Positions 39,801 through 52,060 of a stretch of 64,000 nt of DNA are shown here, one piece after another (position 1 is the stretch's first letter; the number at the start of each line of letters is the position of its first letter). The notes under the pieces were generated by a model. That model saw only the letters and a list, made by a program, of their open reading frames with translations. It was not told the DNA's origin and searched no databases. The DNA comes from Octopus vulgaris (taxonomy: Eukaryota). Location: the NCBI GenBank assembly GCA_951406725.2, contig OX597814.1, positions 27,218,001-27,282,000 of the forward strand. The letters are read 5' to 3'. Both the position numbers and the translations under genes were made by a program.

Positions 39801-39907
39801 ATTAAGGGAACACATGTTTATGGAACACTCAGCAACATGAATTATAAGTCGATGAGTAGGTAGGTGACTGAATAGTTAAAATACGAACAGTCTAATCTAA
39901 TGGGGGG

Positions 39908-40190
39908 GGGAGGCACATGGTCTAGTGGTTAGAGCAGCGGACTTGCGGGCGAGGGATCGCGGGTTCGAATCTCAGACCGGGCGATTTGTGTGTTTATGAG
40001 AGAAACACCTAAGCTCTACGCGGCTCCGACAGATGGTAATGGCGAACTTCTGCTGACTCTTTCGCCACAACTTTCTCCCACTCATTCCTCTTGCAGCTCA
40101 CCTGCGACGGACCAACGTCCCGTCCAGGTGGGGTACGTATACGTAAACCGGCCCTTATGAGCCAGGCATGGCTCGAGAAGGAACAAACAA
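39908..40190 (+). mobile_element. tRNA-derived SINE (family C-related head)
   Basis: gaggcacatggtctagtggttagagcagcgg…gggttcgaatctc A and B boxes; aaac-type tail. Confidence 0.8.
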
Positions 40191-40334
40191 TCTGATGGAG
40201 GAACCATTTTAGAAGAATCTAGGTCAGCTAATAAAGGATCTTCTATGTGGTCCCACGATCTGCTAGAAATAGTAGCGAAATCTCCAAACTGGTGAGATTT
40301 ATGCTTTTGGTGACGTCAAACCTTTATAAATCAA

Positions 40335-40575
40335 TAGCTGCAGAAAAGATAGAGAATTTGAGGGAAGTAGCATTGACATTCTGGCAAGAAAGGATCAGGC
40401 ATAATGATTAGTGTGGCGCATCTAAGCTGAATATACCAAGAGTAACGAGATGAAGAGTGACAAGTAGGAGTGAAGGTAGAGGTGACAAGAAACTGAATGG
40501 CAAGAGCCCAATCAACTCCAGGGATCATTATGGTGGTGGCCTTAGAAAAGGCAAAGAGAGGAGACTGCATGTCTG
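40335..40575 (-). mobile_element. Jockey/CR1-group LINE 3' relic
   Basis: HAVSSLCLF…RHTNHYA.SF resembles the C-terminal 'RR.VSSL.LFY…RT.HY..SF' motif. Confidence 0.4.
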
Positions 40576-40923
40576 TGGATCGTAGGGCGACCTGCTGTGC
40601 TTGAGGAGACGTATTGAGTCAAGTACATCAACATCAAAAGAAAAATCAAATGGAAATTGTAGTTGCACCATCCAAACGTGGCCAATGCCAGCGCCGTCTT
40701 GACTGGCTTCCGTGCCAGGCCGTTGCCAGCCTCCCCTGGCACGTGAAAAGCACCCACTACACTCATGGAGTGGTTGGCATTGGGAAGGGCATCCAGCAGT
40801 GGAAACACTGCCAGATCAGACTGGAGCCTGGTGCAGCCTCCTGGCTTCCTAGACCCCGGTCGAACCGTCCAACCCATGCTAGCATGGAAAACGGACGTTA
40901 AACGATGATGATGATGATGATGA
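40575..40923 (+). mobile_element. RTE LINE 3' UTR, young, with (GAT)n tail
   Basis: Matches 45640-45982 (gtgcttgaggagac..attgagtcaagta… through ggacgttaaacgatgatg). Confidence 0.85.
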
Positions 40924-41213
40924 CACAACAGGCTTCATTTTATTTCTATCAACCAAATATGGTTGGGAAACAAACTTCTTACCACACCAGCCACACCTGC
41001 ACCTAGTTCTAGAAGTTGCAGTCAAATCTGCAAAACTGCACCTTACCATCTTAAAAAAGAACACACTGGACAATATGGTCCAAAATATAAAAAAAAAAAA
41101 GAAGAGAAAATAAACAGTATGGTCCTGTCATGAATGTCTTTGTTTAAGGCTCTGCTCAAACAGACCGGACTTAAGACTAAACAACAACATATACAACCAT
41201 TATTATTAGTGCT

Positions 41214-41678
41214 TTTACCAAATGCAGATTGGTGAATGCAATTGTCTTCCCAATAGCAACATATGGATGTGAGACCTGGACACTAAAGAAAGCTGACCAG
41301 AAGAGAATTAATGCATTCGAGCTTTGGTGTTGGAGAAGACTTTTACGGATTCCATGGACAGCGTGGCTCACCAATGGAGAAGTTCTTAAGCAGATCAGGC
41401 CAAAAATGTCGCTAGAAGCTAGGATCACCAAGCATAGATTGGCATATTTCGGTCATATTATGCGGAGAAAGTCCCTGGAGAAGGACATCATGCTCGGAAT
41501 GGTCAGTGGCAAGAGAGGAAGAGGCCAAACAAGAACCCGCTGGCTTGACACCATCAAGGGTTTTACCGGAATGGACATAGCCAATCTGAAAGAAGCGGCC
41601 CTGGATAGAACTGACTGGAGGACACTGATCCAACGAGTAACCGAGAGTCGACTTCGACTGAGCAGATAGATAGATAGA
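41214..41678 (+). mobile_element. 5'-truncated RTE-BovB-like LINE with intact C-terminal ORF, (TAGA)n tail and TSD
   Basis: VFPIATYGCETWTLKKAD..RINAFELWCWRRLLRIPWTA…YFGHIMRRKSLEKDIMLG…RWLD; TSD attattag(t/c)gct at ~41202-41213 and ~41678-41689. Confidence 0.92.
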
Positions 41679-43150
41679 TTATTAGCGCTAGCACATTGCC
41701 AAATGTTGAGTATTTGGATTTAAGACCATATCCTGGTAGCAACATACTATAATTTTTCCCAGGTCATCTAACTTTTATAGAATAAATAAAACAAAGAATT
41801 TCTTTTCGTAAGTGTGGGCAGAGGAGCTGTTACACCAGAATATAATGAAGGCAAGTGAGAGATGTCAACATCATCAAATAACCAAAAGACATTAGAATAA
41901 CCAGAGAAGTTATGACTCAGAAATTTAAAATAAACACATACACTTACACAAATTAAAGAATAAATTTGTTTCAAACCACTTATCTGAACTACTTAATTGA
42001 AAGATAAGGAGATGAAGATGAAAAATAGAAAGGGATAGAGTGTGAAATATTTTTTTAACAGGTTTCAAATTCAGATTCAGGCATTAGCAATAAATAAAAT
42101 GAAACCTTACTGAGATCAATTTTGCCTCCCATCATTCCAGGGGCCAATTTCATTGTCTTTTCCTTCACTACAAATTTGTGGCGTTGCATGTAATTAGTTA
42201 AAAATCAATAAACTTAATTATTCGAACATGGTTAGCGTTTCTCCTTCCCACCACTATTTTCTTATTCACATAAAACAAGCAAATTATGAAGCCTTTATGT
42301 GGTAACTCAAACACAAGAAATAGCAGCTCTCAAATTATACACACACAAACACATGTCCACTTCAGTAGGATTCGAATTCAGAACACAAATAGTTTCAAGT
42401 AAATATTTATGATGCATTTTGAAACCTTTTGGCACAAAACACTAGGCTCTTTCTTGAGTCACTCTTCTAGCAACTTCAGCTAAAAGATGATATATCAAGA
42501 ACACTGACAATGAGGAACCCCTTAGTTCTCATCAAAACATATCTTTATCCATAATAAAACCTGCAAATAATTGTTCAGTTTCTCCAAAATACACCAAATC
42601 ATCTGGGTGAGTAGTCTTAATTCAAGGTAGTTTTATCATAACATTTTACTATTCCACTTGTAATTTTAGTCAAACAAATTGATCCTGGTACTTATTTTTT
42701 AACCGTGGTAGTTAATCTATCAGTCCATTTTGCTGAACTGCTAAGTTATGGGGGACATAAACACACCAACACTGGCTGCCAGATGGTAGTGGTGGTGGAC
42801 AAACACACACACACATGCATATATATACACACAGACAACAGGCTTCTTTCAGTTTCCATCATGTATTAGTCTCTCTCAAGAGATCCTGACATCAGAACTA
42901 AGTTTCCTATTGACCGGTTGAACCCTCACACACTAAAATTGATGGGTAAGTCTATGTATATATATATTATGTAGGCACAGACATGGCTGTTATAGGTGTA
43001 AGTATAATTGAGTGGTAAGAAGTTTGCCTCCCAACCACAAGGTTCTGGATTCAGACTCACTGGGTAGCACCTTGGGCAAGTATCTTCTACAACAGCCCCA
43101 AGCTGACCAAAGAATTGTGTGTGGATTTAGTAATAGAAACTAAAAGCCTG

Positions 43151-43206
<56 letters not shown>

Positions 43207-43578
43207 GTATGTATATATGTACATATGTATGTATAATCATTATCATTTGTTTTCTATGCTGGTATGGGCTGACTGGTTTGATAGGAGCTGACACGTCAGA
43301 AGACTGGGCCAAGTTCTAATGTCTACTTTGACATGGTTTGTATGCTTGGATGCCCTTCCTAATGCTAACTACTTTACAGAGTGCATGTGTGTGTGTGTCA
43401 ACATCCTTCAACATGGCAAACAGACATGATGTACATGTATAAAATGAGTCAGAAACTGGGTTTTTCTGTATGACATACTGTTAAGAACTCAAAGAATAAT
43501 ACTAAAAATATTCACTCAACAGCAAAAATATTTTTTTGAAACAAAACACACACATAATGTGTGTGTGTGTGTTCAAAA

Positions 43579-43867
43579 CAGTGTTTCCCAAACTTTTTGG
43601 GGCTGCTGTCCCCTTGACATCCAGGCCACATTCCTAGCACTCCGATCCCAACTAACCATCACAAACATAGACCTCTTTCTGAAGCAAATTCAAAGGAACA
43701 TTATTTAACAAATAAAACTTAACCTAACAAACCCATTATTTTGTTGTTTTTACATGTATCGTTACCCCATTATTGCCCCACTTTTTAAATGAATCGTTAC
43801 CCCAACACCCCCTTAGAACTTTCCACCGCCCCTAGTGGGGCAATACCACCCACTTTGGGAACCATTG
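43579..43867. mobile_element. hAT MITE, same family as 20507-20814
   Basis: TIRs cagtgtttcccaaa…tttgggaaccattg; TSD gttcaaaa/gtttaaaa; shared internal sequence. Confidence 0.88.
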
Positions 43868-43885
43868 GTTTAAAACAATAAAACG

Positions 43886-43976
43886 GTTGACAGTGATTTT
43901 GAACTTTTGGCTCATTTGTCATTGTCAGACTATCTCATAAAGATAAATGAGCCAAAACTTCAAAGTCACTTTCAAC
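43886..43976. repeat. 35-bp inverted repeat with 21-nt loop
   Basis: gttgacagtgattttgaacttttggctcatttgtc / gataaatgagccaaaacttcaaagtcactttcaac; 31 of 35 pairs are Watson-Crick. Confidence 0.88.
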
Positions 43977-44035
43977 TTTTCCCTAAAAAATAATCATACA
44001 TAAAAACAAACCATAATATATAAATATGTATATAT

Positions 44036-44455
44036 CTGACATCCTCACTCTACCCCTCCCGTATGTCTATAGTCCTTTAGGACAGCTTTAATTTCTCCTT
44101 CACGTTACCCACCATTGTCTTGTCTTGTCTTGCAGCCCCAGGGCTTTTTGTTGTATATGTATTATCATTGTCATCGTGTGGCCCTAAGCCTTTATTCTGT
44201 TTATTGTTTTGTCCCTTGTCCATCTACTAACAGTCTTGTCTCAAGCCTGTCTCATTTTGTTATGTTTTAGTCCCATTCCCAATAAGTTTCTTGTCAGTGC
44301 CTCCAGAGTCTAAGCAATATTATCGATAATGGCTGAAATTGTGTTTGACCCTTTGGCCAATAACTGAAAGAATTGATGACCTTCTGTATTTTCTGTCCAC
44401 TTGTGTATTTAGTATATGTTCTTTTGTTTATTTACTACACATTTTTTAAAATCAT
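44036..44455 (+). mobile_element. Possible Penelope-like terminal fragment between (TA)n tracts
   Basis: T-rich body flanked by TA repeats, similar in composition to the other three such fragments; no clean core motif. Confidence 0.3.
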
Positions 44456-44525
44456 ATATATAGATATGTCACATTTTCCATTTATTGTCTTTTTATTTAA
44501 TCCTGAAAATAGATATAGATATATA

Positions 44526-44905
44526 CACTTGCGTCAGAAATTAATTAGCACTTCTCAAATTTCTACATTAAATAGGTTAAATCAATTAACCTATGAGCTG
44601 TTCAAAACGTCTTACGCGATGAGAAAACTTAGTATGGTGTGATTTCGGTCCTTGCGAGGCGCTACCTATATCTATTAAACAAAGGAAGATTTGTCTGCAT
44701 CCGCACTCCAAGTTGTTGTTGCACTGCTATGTCAACATCATAAGGTTGTAGACTCTCAAACTGCTCTGCAAACAAAGTTACGTCATCGTTCTGCGCAACA
44801 GTGAACTCGCAACAAAGCAATAGTTCGAGATATGGCCACTAGGTGACAGCACATACCTTGAGTGAAGAGCAAATCAAGGGTGCTAATTAATTTCTGACGG
44901 TAGTG
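44526..44905. mobile_element. Tc1/mariner-type MITE, 380 bp
   Basis: TA TSD; ~26-bp TIR cacttgcgtcagaaattaattagcac / gtgctaattaatttctgacggtagtg. Confidence 0.9.
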
Positions 44906-45139
44906 TATTGTTGTATTTCAGGATGGTTATTTTATTTATTTTTTTGTCATGTGTGCCAAATGAACACATGCACTATATATATATTGTTTGTTTCTTCACT
45001 CATTATTACTGGTCTAATTTGTTTTATGTCCATTGTCCGGAAATCTTTTGTCACACATATTTGACCTCTTCTGCAGCACTCTTCGTTTCCATGTGTGTTC
45101 CTGCTCCACTTACTCAAGAGACAAAACAATAAACAGAAT

Positions 45140-45982
45140 AAAAAGCTTAGGGCATGTGTACGAACAGCCATGCTACATGGCAGTGAAACATGGGCTGTGA
45201 CTGCTGAAGACATGCATAGGCTCGAAAGAAATGAAGCTAGTATGATCCACTGGATGTGTAATGTAGTGTGCACACACGACAGAGTGTAAGCATCCTGAGA
45301 GAAATGTTGGACATAAGAAGCATCAGATGTGGTGTGCAAGAGAGATGATTGCGTTGGTATGGTCATGTGCTACGTATGGATGAGGAGAGCTGTGTGAAAA
45401 AGTGTCACTCCCTAACAGTGGAAGAAACCCGTAGATGAGGGAGACCCAGAAAGATGTGGGATGAGATGGTGAAGCATGACCTTCAAATGTTTGACCTCAC
45501 AGAGGCAATGATGAAAGACCAAGACCTCTGGAGATATGCTGTGCTTGAGAAGACCCAGCAAGGAAAGTGAGAACACAGCCGTAGTCTACACCAGTGTCCC
45601 ATAACCATTTAAAAGTACCTTTGAATTGTCGGGTGACATTCTGTGCTTGAGGAGACCTATTGAGTCAAGTAAATCAAAATCAAATCAAATCACAATTCAG
45701 TCATGCGTGGGTCACTGCCAGAGCTGCCTGACTGGCTCCCCATGCCAGTGACATGTAAAAAGCACCATCTGAACGTGACCGATGCCAGTGCCGCCTGACC
45801 AGCTCCCGTACTGGTGGCACATAAAAATCACCCACTACACTGTCGGAGTGGTTGGCATTAGGAAGGGCATCAAGCTGTAGAAACTACCAGATCAGATTGG
45901 AGCCTGGTGTGGCCTCCTGGCTTGCCAGTCCCCAGTCAAACTGTCCAACCCATGCCAGCATGGAAAATGGACGTTAAATGGT
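45140..45982 (+). mobile_element. RTE LINE 3' fragment (ORF C-terminus plus 3' UTR)
   Basis: ACVRTAMLHGSETWAVT…LRWYGHVLRM…GRPRK.W…DLWR with stops; continues into the tail seen many times in the window. Confidence 0.88.
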
Positions 45983-48776
45983 ATATATAATTCCATATAC
46001 TTAATTTCATAGAATTCATGCTGTGTTTGAGACACAGAAAACTATTATTACTGTACTTAGGAATATATTTTATCATTCATTTTTATTTTGTTTTATGAAG
46101 TAGACTCTACTTATCATAGCAATTAAGACAAAAATAAAAGTAGGTAGTAGTTGTAGTAGTGATGATGATGATAGTAGTAGTAGTAGCAGTAGTGGCATTG
46201 GTGGTGGCAGTTAAGTGATTCAACTAGTTGATCTTAACATTAACATACTGGAGAGTTTTTTGTATTGTTTTTAAATTAAGCTATTAGAACAGGTGTAGAC
46301 ACTTAATCCCAAATGGCAAGTTGCAAAAGAAGTCATCAAAAGTTCTGTGTGTGTGTGTGTGTATGTGAGAGAGAGAGAGAGAGATCGTAATCGTCACAGA
46401 TGTCAATAAGCAACAGAATATATAAATTAGTAAATAAATAAAGCAACAGTTGTGCGATAGAAAAAATATGAAGTCAACACATGCTTACATGCTTAAGATG
46501 ATAATCTACAAGAACAAAGTTTCACATTAATGTTCTAAATATCATCAAATGTACAAATGACGTGTGTGTGTGTGTGTGTGTGTGTGTTTGTGTTTGTGTG
46601 TGCACGTGCACTCAGGCACACACATTCATATTCAAGTATGTGATAAGAAAAAGTATTTCATACCATGGATTGTTAACATATTATTTAGTGATTGTAAAAT
46701 AACACCAAAAAAAACCTACAATTGAAATTCTATTGAATAGCATTGGCAAAAATTTACACTATAACAACTACTTATTTTATACATTCATGTGCTTTTTCGA
46801 TACTAGTAGTACCTGTTCTAAATCTTAAATCCCAAAGCAACCAGATCAAGTCACTCGACCTGCTAGAAATATTGACCAAATTCTACTACCAGTAGGAAAG
46901 ACTCATTCATTGGACAATACTTTCTTAGAGATCTTCATCTCAGAACCATTACTTAACACCCACTTTGCCACACAGGCATGGGTTAAACACAACTTAGTTG
47001 AGACAATTTTTATACAGCTAGATGTCCTTTTTGGTCATTTGTTTCCAAGTAAGGTAATATTTCTCTTGGGCTTTACAAAAGATGGACATGATTTGGCAGC
47101 TGCAAATGTAATTTAAGGTGCCATCTGCAGGGAGATATTACTTATGCAAACATGCAAACACTACATGTTTTCACAGCATGCTAACAATGTCAAGACAAAA
47201 GAAAACAAAAACACATGTGCACATGCACACACACACACACAAACGCAACAGGCTTCATAGTTTCAAAGTACAAATTCCTCTCACAAGGCATTTGTCAGTC
47301 ATAGGCTGTAGCAGGATATATCTGCCCGCAGTGCCACACAGGGGTAATAGACATGAAACTATGTAGTTGTGAAGCAAACTCATTAACCACATGGCTGTGC
47401 CAAAATACAAGTGCTGGTGACACAAAAGGCACCTGTGACATTGATACAGAAAAGGCACTCAAGATGGTGACATGTAAAAGGCCCCCACTACACTCTTGGA
47501 GTGGTTGGTATTAGGAAAGGCATCCAGCTGTAGGAACCATGCCAAAATTAAACTGGAACCTGGTACAGCTCTCCAGTTTACCGGTTCCAGTTAAATCTAA
47601 TCCATGCCAGCATGGGAACCAGACGCTAAGTGGTGGTGATGATGATGATGATGACAATGACGACGACAACGACGATGATAGAGAAAAAGATGAGATAGTT
47701 AGGACTGGAATGCTTTTGATGACAAATCTGCTGAATCAGTACTGGCCTGGACTTTAACAAGAATAACAACAAACAAATCAACGAACCAACATGTGATTGT
47801 ATAAGTAAAAAAAATCCAATTCAGCAGAAAATTCTGCCTCAACAAATGCAACTGCTGTCTTCAAAACAAATAATAAATAGAAAAAAGTAAAAACCAGACA
47901 CCATTCCTACTTCACAATTGAGTATTTAGCACTATGAAGGGCATCCAGCTGTAAAAATAATTGTTTCAACAAATAAGCAATGTCACCTACACAAACATGG
48001 GGAAATAGCTGAAAATAAGAATAAAGAAAATATGTGTTTAAACATTGAACTGAGAATCAAAGTGACCAAGTAAATAAACTATCAGACTGTCTGTGAAACC
48101 TACAACAGGTGTTGCCTTGTCTACTTGGAGAGGACATTTAACTTTATTTGGCCATTAATTACAAAAAACGTAAGCTACATTTAGGATTTTTAACCTCCCT
48201 CCCCCACTCTGTGTGTGTGTGTGTACACACACACACACATATATATTCCTAAGTGATATATGTACAAGGTAGTAATTTTCAACCGATCATATACACTAGG
48301 TGCTGGATTAGTTTTACAACTATTAATCAAGGGTTGATTTTGTTTTACACATGCTGGGACAACAAGAACAAATGACTAATGCAAAGAGAAAGAGAATAAT
48401 ACCCTTGAACAAAATTACTATCCCTTCCACTCAGTCCATCCACAAACACAATAAGTTCATGTCCACAAAAATAGCAACAACATCAATAACCTCGTTAGTC
48501 CAAAATAACTACACTGTGACACACATTATTACAATTGATAAACGAAAACTAAAAGTAACAATTGTACTCTGACTGAATTCACCTTAACTACACCTGCTGT
48601 AACTACAGTTGGAATCTATAGAACATAGAATAATGATTTGAATAATGGAAGAAATAAAATATGTCCTAACTGCCACTCTGCATTTCCCAGAAAGAAACTA
48701 TTGTATGTTAGAGTACAAGTATGATTCAGACAGCAGTACAGTGTACCTGTCTGAATCATACAGAGGTACAATGTAC

Positions 48777-48998
48777 CTGGAGAGTGGGACCCATTGATTT
48801 CACTAAGTTGTTCAGCTGATAACCAACATGGTATGGGTTTACTAAGATAAAGCAGGCCACAGCTGAACAAAACCTCAGTTACTAATGATGAACGTAACTG
48901 TTGCTGTTTAGTCCCAAATGAATCCTGATCAAGCAGATTATAATCAATTATTGATCCTTTTCTCGTTTTCTTTTTTCTTCTCCCAGCTTTCATGTAAC
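48777..48998 (-). CDS. Candidate internal exon (222 nt, phase 1-1): (G)YMKAGRRKKKTRKGSIIDYNLLDQDSFGTKQQQLRSSLVTEVLFSCGLLYLSKPIPCWLSAEQLSEINGSHSP
   Basis: Acceptor aattttcctcag|g, donor ccag|gtacat, open frame, length divisible by 3, non-repetitive sequence. No family recognised. Confidence 0.55.
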
Positions 48999-49043
48999 CT
49001 GAGGAAAATTTATAGCAAGTCAACCACGTAGCAGTTCCCTTAA

Positions 49044-49264
49044 CCCTTTAGTGTTCAGATTACTCTGTTAAATGTAATACTTTTTCACTCAAATTGTTTT
49101 GAATTAATCCTGGATCATCTTACAGCTTTGAGGTTTCAATGATGTGATTACTTATTTTTAGAACGGCATTGTAGGTTAGGTGTGAGAGGCTAGACATCGC
49201 CAGTTTGAATATAAAACATGTAGAATATATTGGGCCGGATTTGGCCAGTTTAAACACTAAAGGG
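49044..49264. mobile_element. piggyBac-like MITE (family 1)
   Basis: TTAA TSD on both sides; TIR ccctttagtgtt…aacactaaaggg. Confidence 0.88.
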
Positions 49265-49807
49265 TTAAGAAGCAAAATATGTGTGAGAATAAAATATTAA
49301 GAAAGCAAGGTTGTGAACCCACACACCCCCAGCAATGTGTTCATGGAAGTTCATTTCAATGATTACACAAATGGAAAGCTTAATTCTGTTTCACTTGAAC
49401 TTATTTTTGTGAAATAGACAGAAAGTTTATTACTTGCACCAGACTAGCATTTTATCATTTGCAGTACCATAGCCTTCACCACCACTGCCACCACCATTAT
49501 CATCACTAAATATCTACTTTTCTAAAGCAGCATAGATGAGATGAGTTTTTTTAAGGCAGTGTTTTAAGTCCTGACAATAATCCTTTTAGTTGCCTGTTAT
49601 GACATGCAGGGACATGATGTACCCTTTTCTAAAAAGAAGAACACACAATATAGACAATATTCTATCCAAGGTAATATTTGTCTCATCTGCTTTATTCTAC
49701 AGATTAATTGCTAAAACCCAAAGCTAATCACTGAACCCATGTCTGTTCCTTGAAGATCATGGAAAGATATACATAGAAAAATAATTTAGCTATTTTAATT
49801 TTAGAAT

Positions 49808-50081
49808 CATCCGAATGTGGCCGTTGCCAGCGCCTCCCGACAGGCCTCCGTGCCGGTGGCACATAAAAAGCACCATCCGATTGTGGCCGTTTGCCAGCCT
49901 CGCCTGGCACGTAAAAAGCACCCACTACACTCATGGAGTGGTTGGCATTAGGAAGGGCATCCAGCAGTAGAAACATTGCCAGATCAGACTGGGCCTGGTG
50001 CAGTCTTCTGGCTTCCCAGACCCCAGTTGAACCGTCCAACCCATGCAAGCATGGAAAGCGGACGCTAAATGATGATGATGA
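49808..50081 (+). mobile_element. RTE LINE 3' UTR, young
   Basis: Same tail family with (GAT)n end. Confidence 0.85.
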
Positions 50082-50431
50082 TTTCATTATAAATATTTAT
50101 ATCTCTACTTTTATCACTAAGCATTATTTTGATATTTTCTATTGCTTTTTGTTGACCAATACCTTGTGATGGGAATTTGGCAGATAGACACTATGTGGAA
50201 GGTTGCAATGTGTGGATGTGCAAGTGTACATGTGTGTTTATATTACACTAGTTTTAAAAAATCAGTATTCTTTATGTTGTGTCCCCTTATTTCAGGTAAC
50301 TTAGTAGTTCAACAAATAGTTATCAATAAAGTAACAATTGAAATAAGTATTGTGGTTAATATGATCAACTAAAACCTTTGAAAGTGATGCCCCAGCATGG
50401 CTTCAGTCCAATGACTAAAACTAGTAAATGA

Positions 50432-50533
50432 GTGGGTGGGTGGGTGGGTGGGTGGGTGGATGGATGGATGGATTGATGGATGGATGGACGGATTGATGGA
50501 TGGATGGACGGACAGACGGACAGATAGATAGAT
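50432..50533. repeat. (GGGT)n-(GGAT)n-(GAYA)n tetranucleotide array
   Basis: Directly visible. Confidence 0.92.
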
Positions 50534-51544
50534 ATGAGAGGAGGAGAGGAGAGAAGGGTGTTGAGGAAGTAAGTATGCAATAGTTAACTTGAAAGTAAGA
50601 CTAATATTAATTTCCCAGTTTGGTAATGTAGAGCAAATAATCTTGCTTAAGGAATAATTGCAAACAAGGGTGTCTGAGAAATATATTACAACTTGTTTAA
50701 AGTAATGGCTAGGCTAGCTAGTTACCATGAAAGTCAAAATGTTTCATTTATTTCTCATATATATATATGTGTGTGTGTATATATATATGTATATATATAA
50801 AACGATGATGATGATGTATGTGTACATGCATACATACAACCATACAACCATACATACATAAACACATACATATGTATATACATACATACATATATGCATA
50901 CATACATACATACATGTGTACATACGTACATATGTACATACATATGTATATATACTTAAAATCAAATAAATAAACAAATTAATAAACTATTGCAATAAAA
51001 AGTCATTTCAAGTGGTGTTCTTATTTTTGATAACATTCTCTACAGAGGAAACCTTCCTTTCTTTCAGCTTTTAGAATAGATTCTAGAAAGGGATATCATA
51101 GAAATGAATCAACATCTCCTTGAACCATGAGCCAAGTGTCAAGAACACCCATCTTAGTCTGAAATTAATAATTGTTTCTTGTAAAACATGTGATAAGTCT
51201 GAAACGTTTTGTCTTTGTAAGTGGAGAAAATACAAGAAATTGTTACATTGATAAACAATGTAAATACGACATTCATTAGCAACGTTATGGGGGCCTCTAC
51301 CACTTAAAGTTGATCAGGACACTAGACATGTATGTACAGGTCTGAACCAGATTTTCTGAGGAAGACTAGCAGTTGCTCCATGTATACAACTCACTAAGGT
51401 TTATCCTAATGAAAAGGTTACTACCTTGGGCTGATATAATTTGGCACCAGTGTTGTCACAGGTATTGATGTCAGAATACAATCTTTTATCTTTTACTTGT
51501 TTCAATCATTTGGCTGACGTCAAGCTAGGGCACTGCCTGAAAGG

Positions 51545-52060
51545 TGTTATGGTGAAGGGTCTATGGTGAAGGTGATACTGTAGCCTGGATTTGAAAGGTC
51601 AAAGTTGTGCCAGGCTACAAGGCATTGAAAATGTAGTGAGCCTCATGGTGCTGTATTTGGAGGGGTGTGCACTGGCACTGTACCTCGAAATGCATAGAGA
51701 ACAACTGAATGCAGCGAAGATTGGACAGCGCTTGAAAGGGGCTTACACAGATGGAGAGTATGCCGCTTTTGCTAAGCTGGGAAAGATCAGATGGAGAGTG
51801 GAACAGGCCAACGAATACGCTGCGGAGGTATGGAGGCTGGTTGTGTTATCTGGTCTCACCGGTGAGGTGACTTGAGAAAGTAGCACAACTGGCCTTTGTG
51901 AATGGCTTTCCCGATGACATGTCAGTGCAACTACAACAGTTACCAGGTGGCAACAAAATGGTGCTGAGCGAGCTCATCGTTCAAGCCCACGTGTTGACAC
52001 AAAACACCGGGCGGAAGGCAGTGGTGTTGGCAGCTGCAAAAGCCTGCAACGGCCAGTGAA
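51545..52060 (+). mobile_element. Gypsy/Ty3-type gag relic
   Basis: YGEGDTVAW…ARLQGIENVVSLMVLYLEGCALALYLEM…QLAFVNGFPDDMSVQLQQL with frameshifts; GC-rich island; no LTR seen. Confidence 0.65.

Noticed and set aside
41768-41974. 68-aa minus-strand ORF with protein-like composition
   Set aside because: No canonical YAG acceptor in a suitable position; could be UTR.
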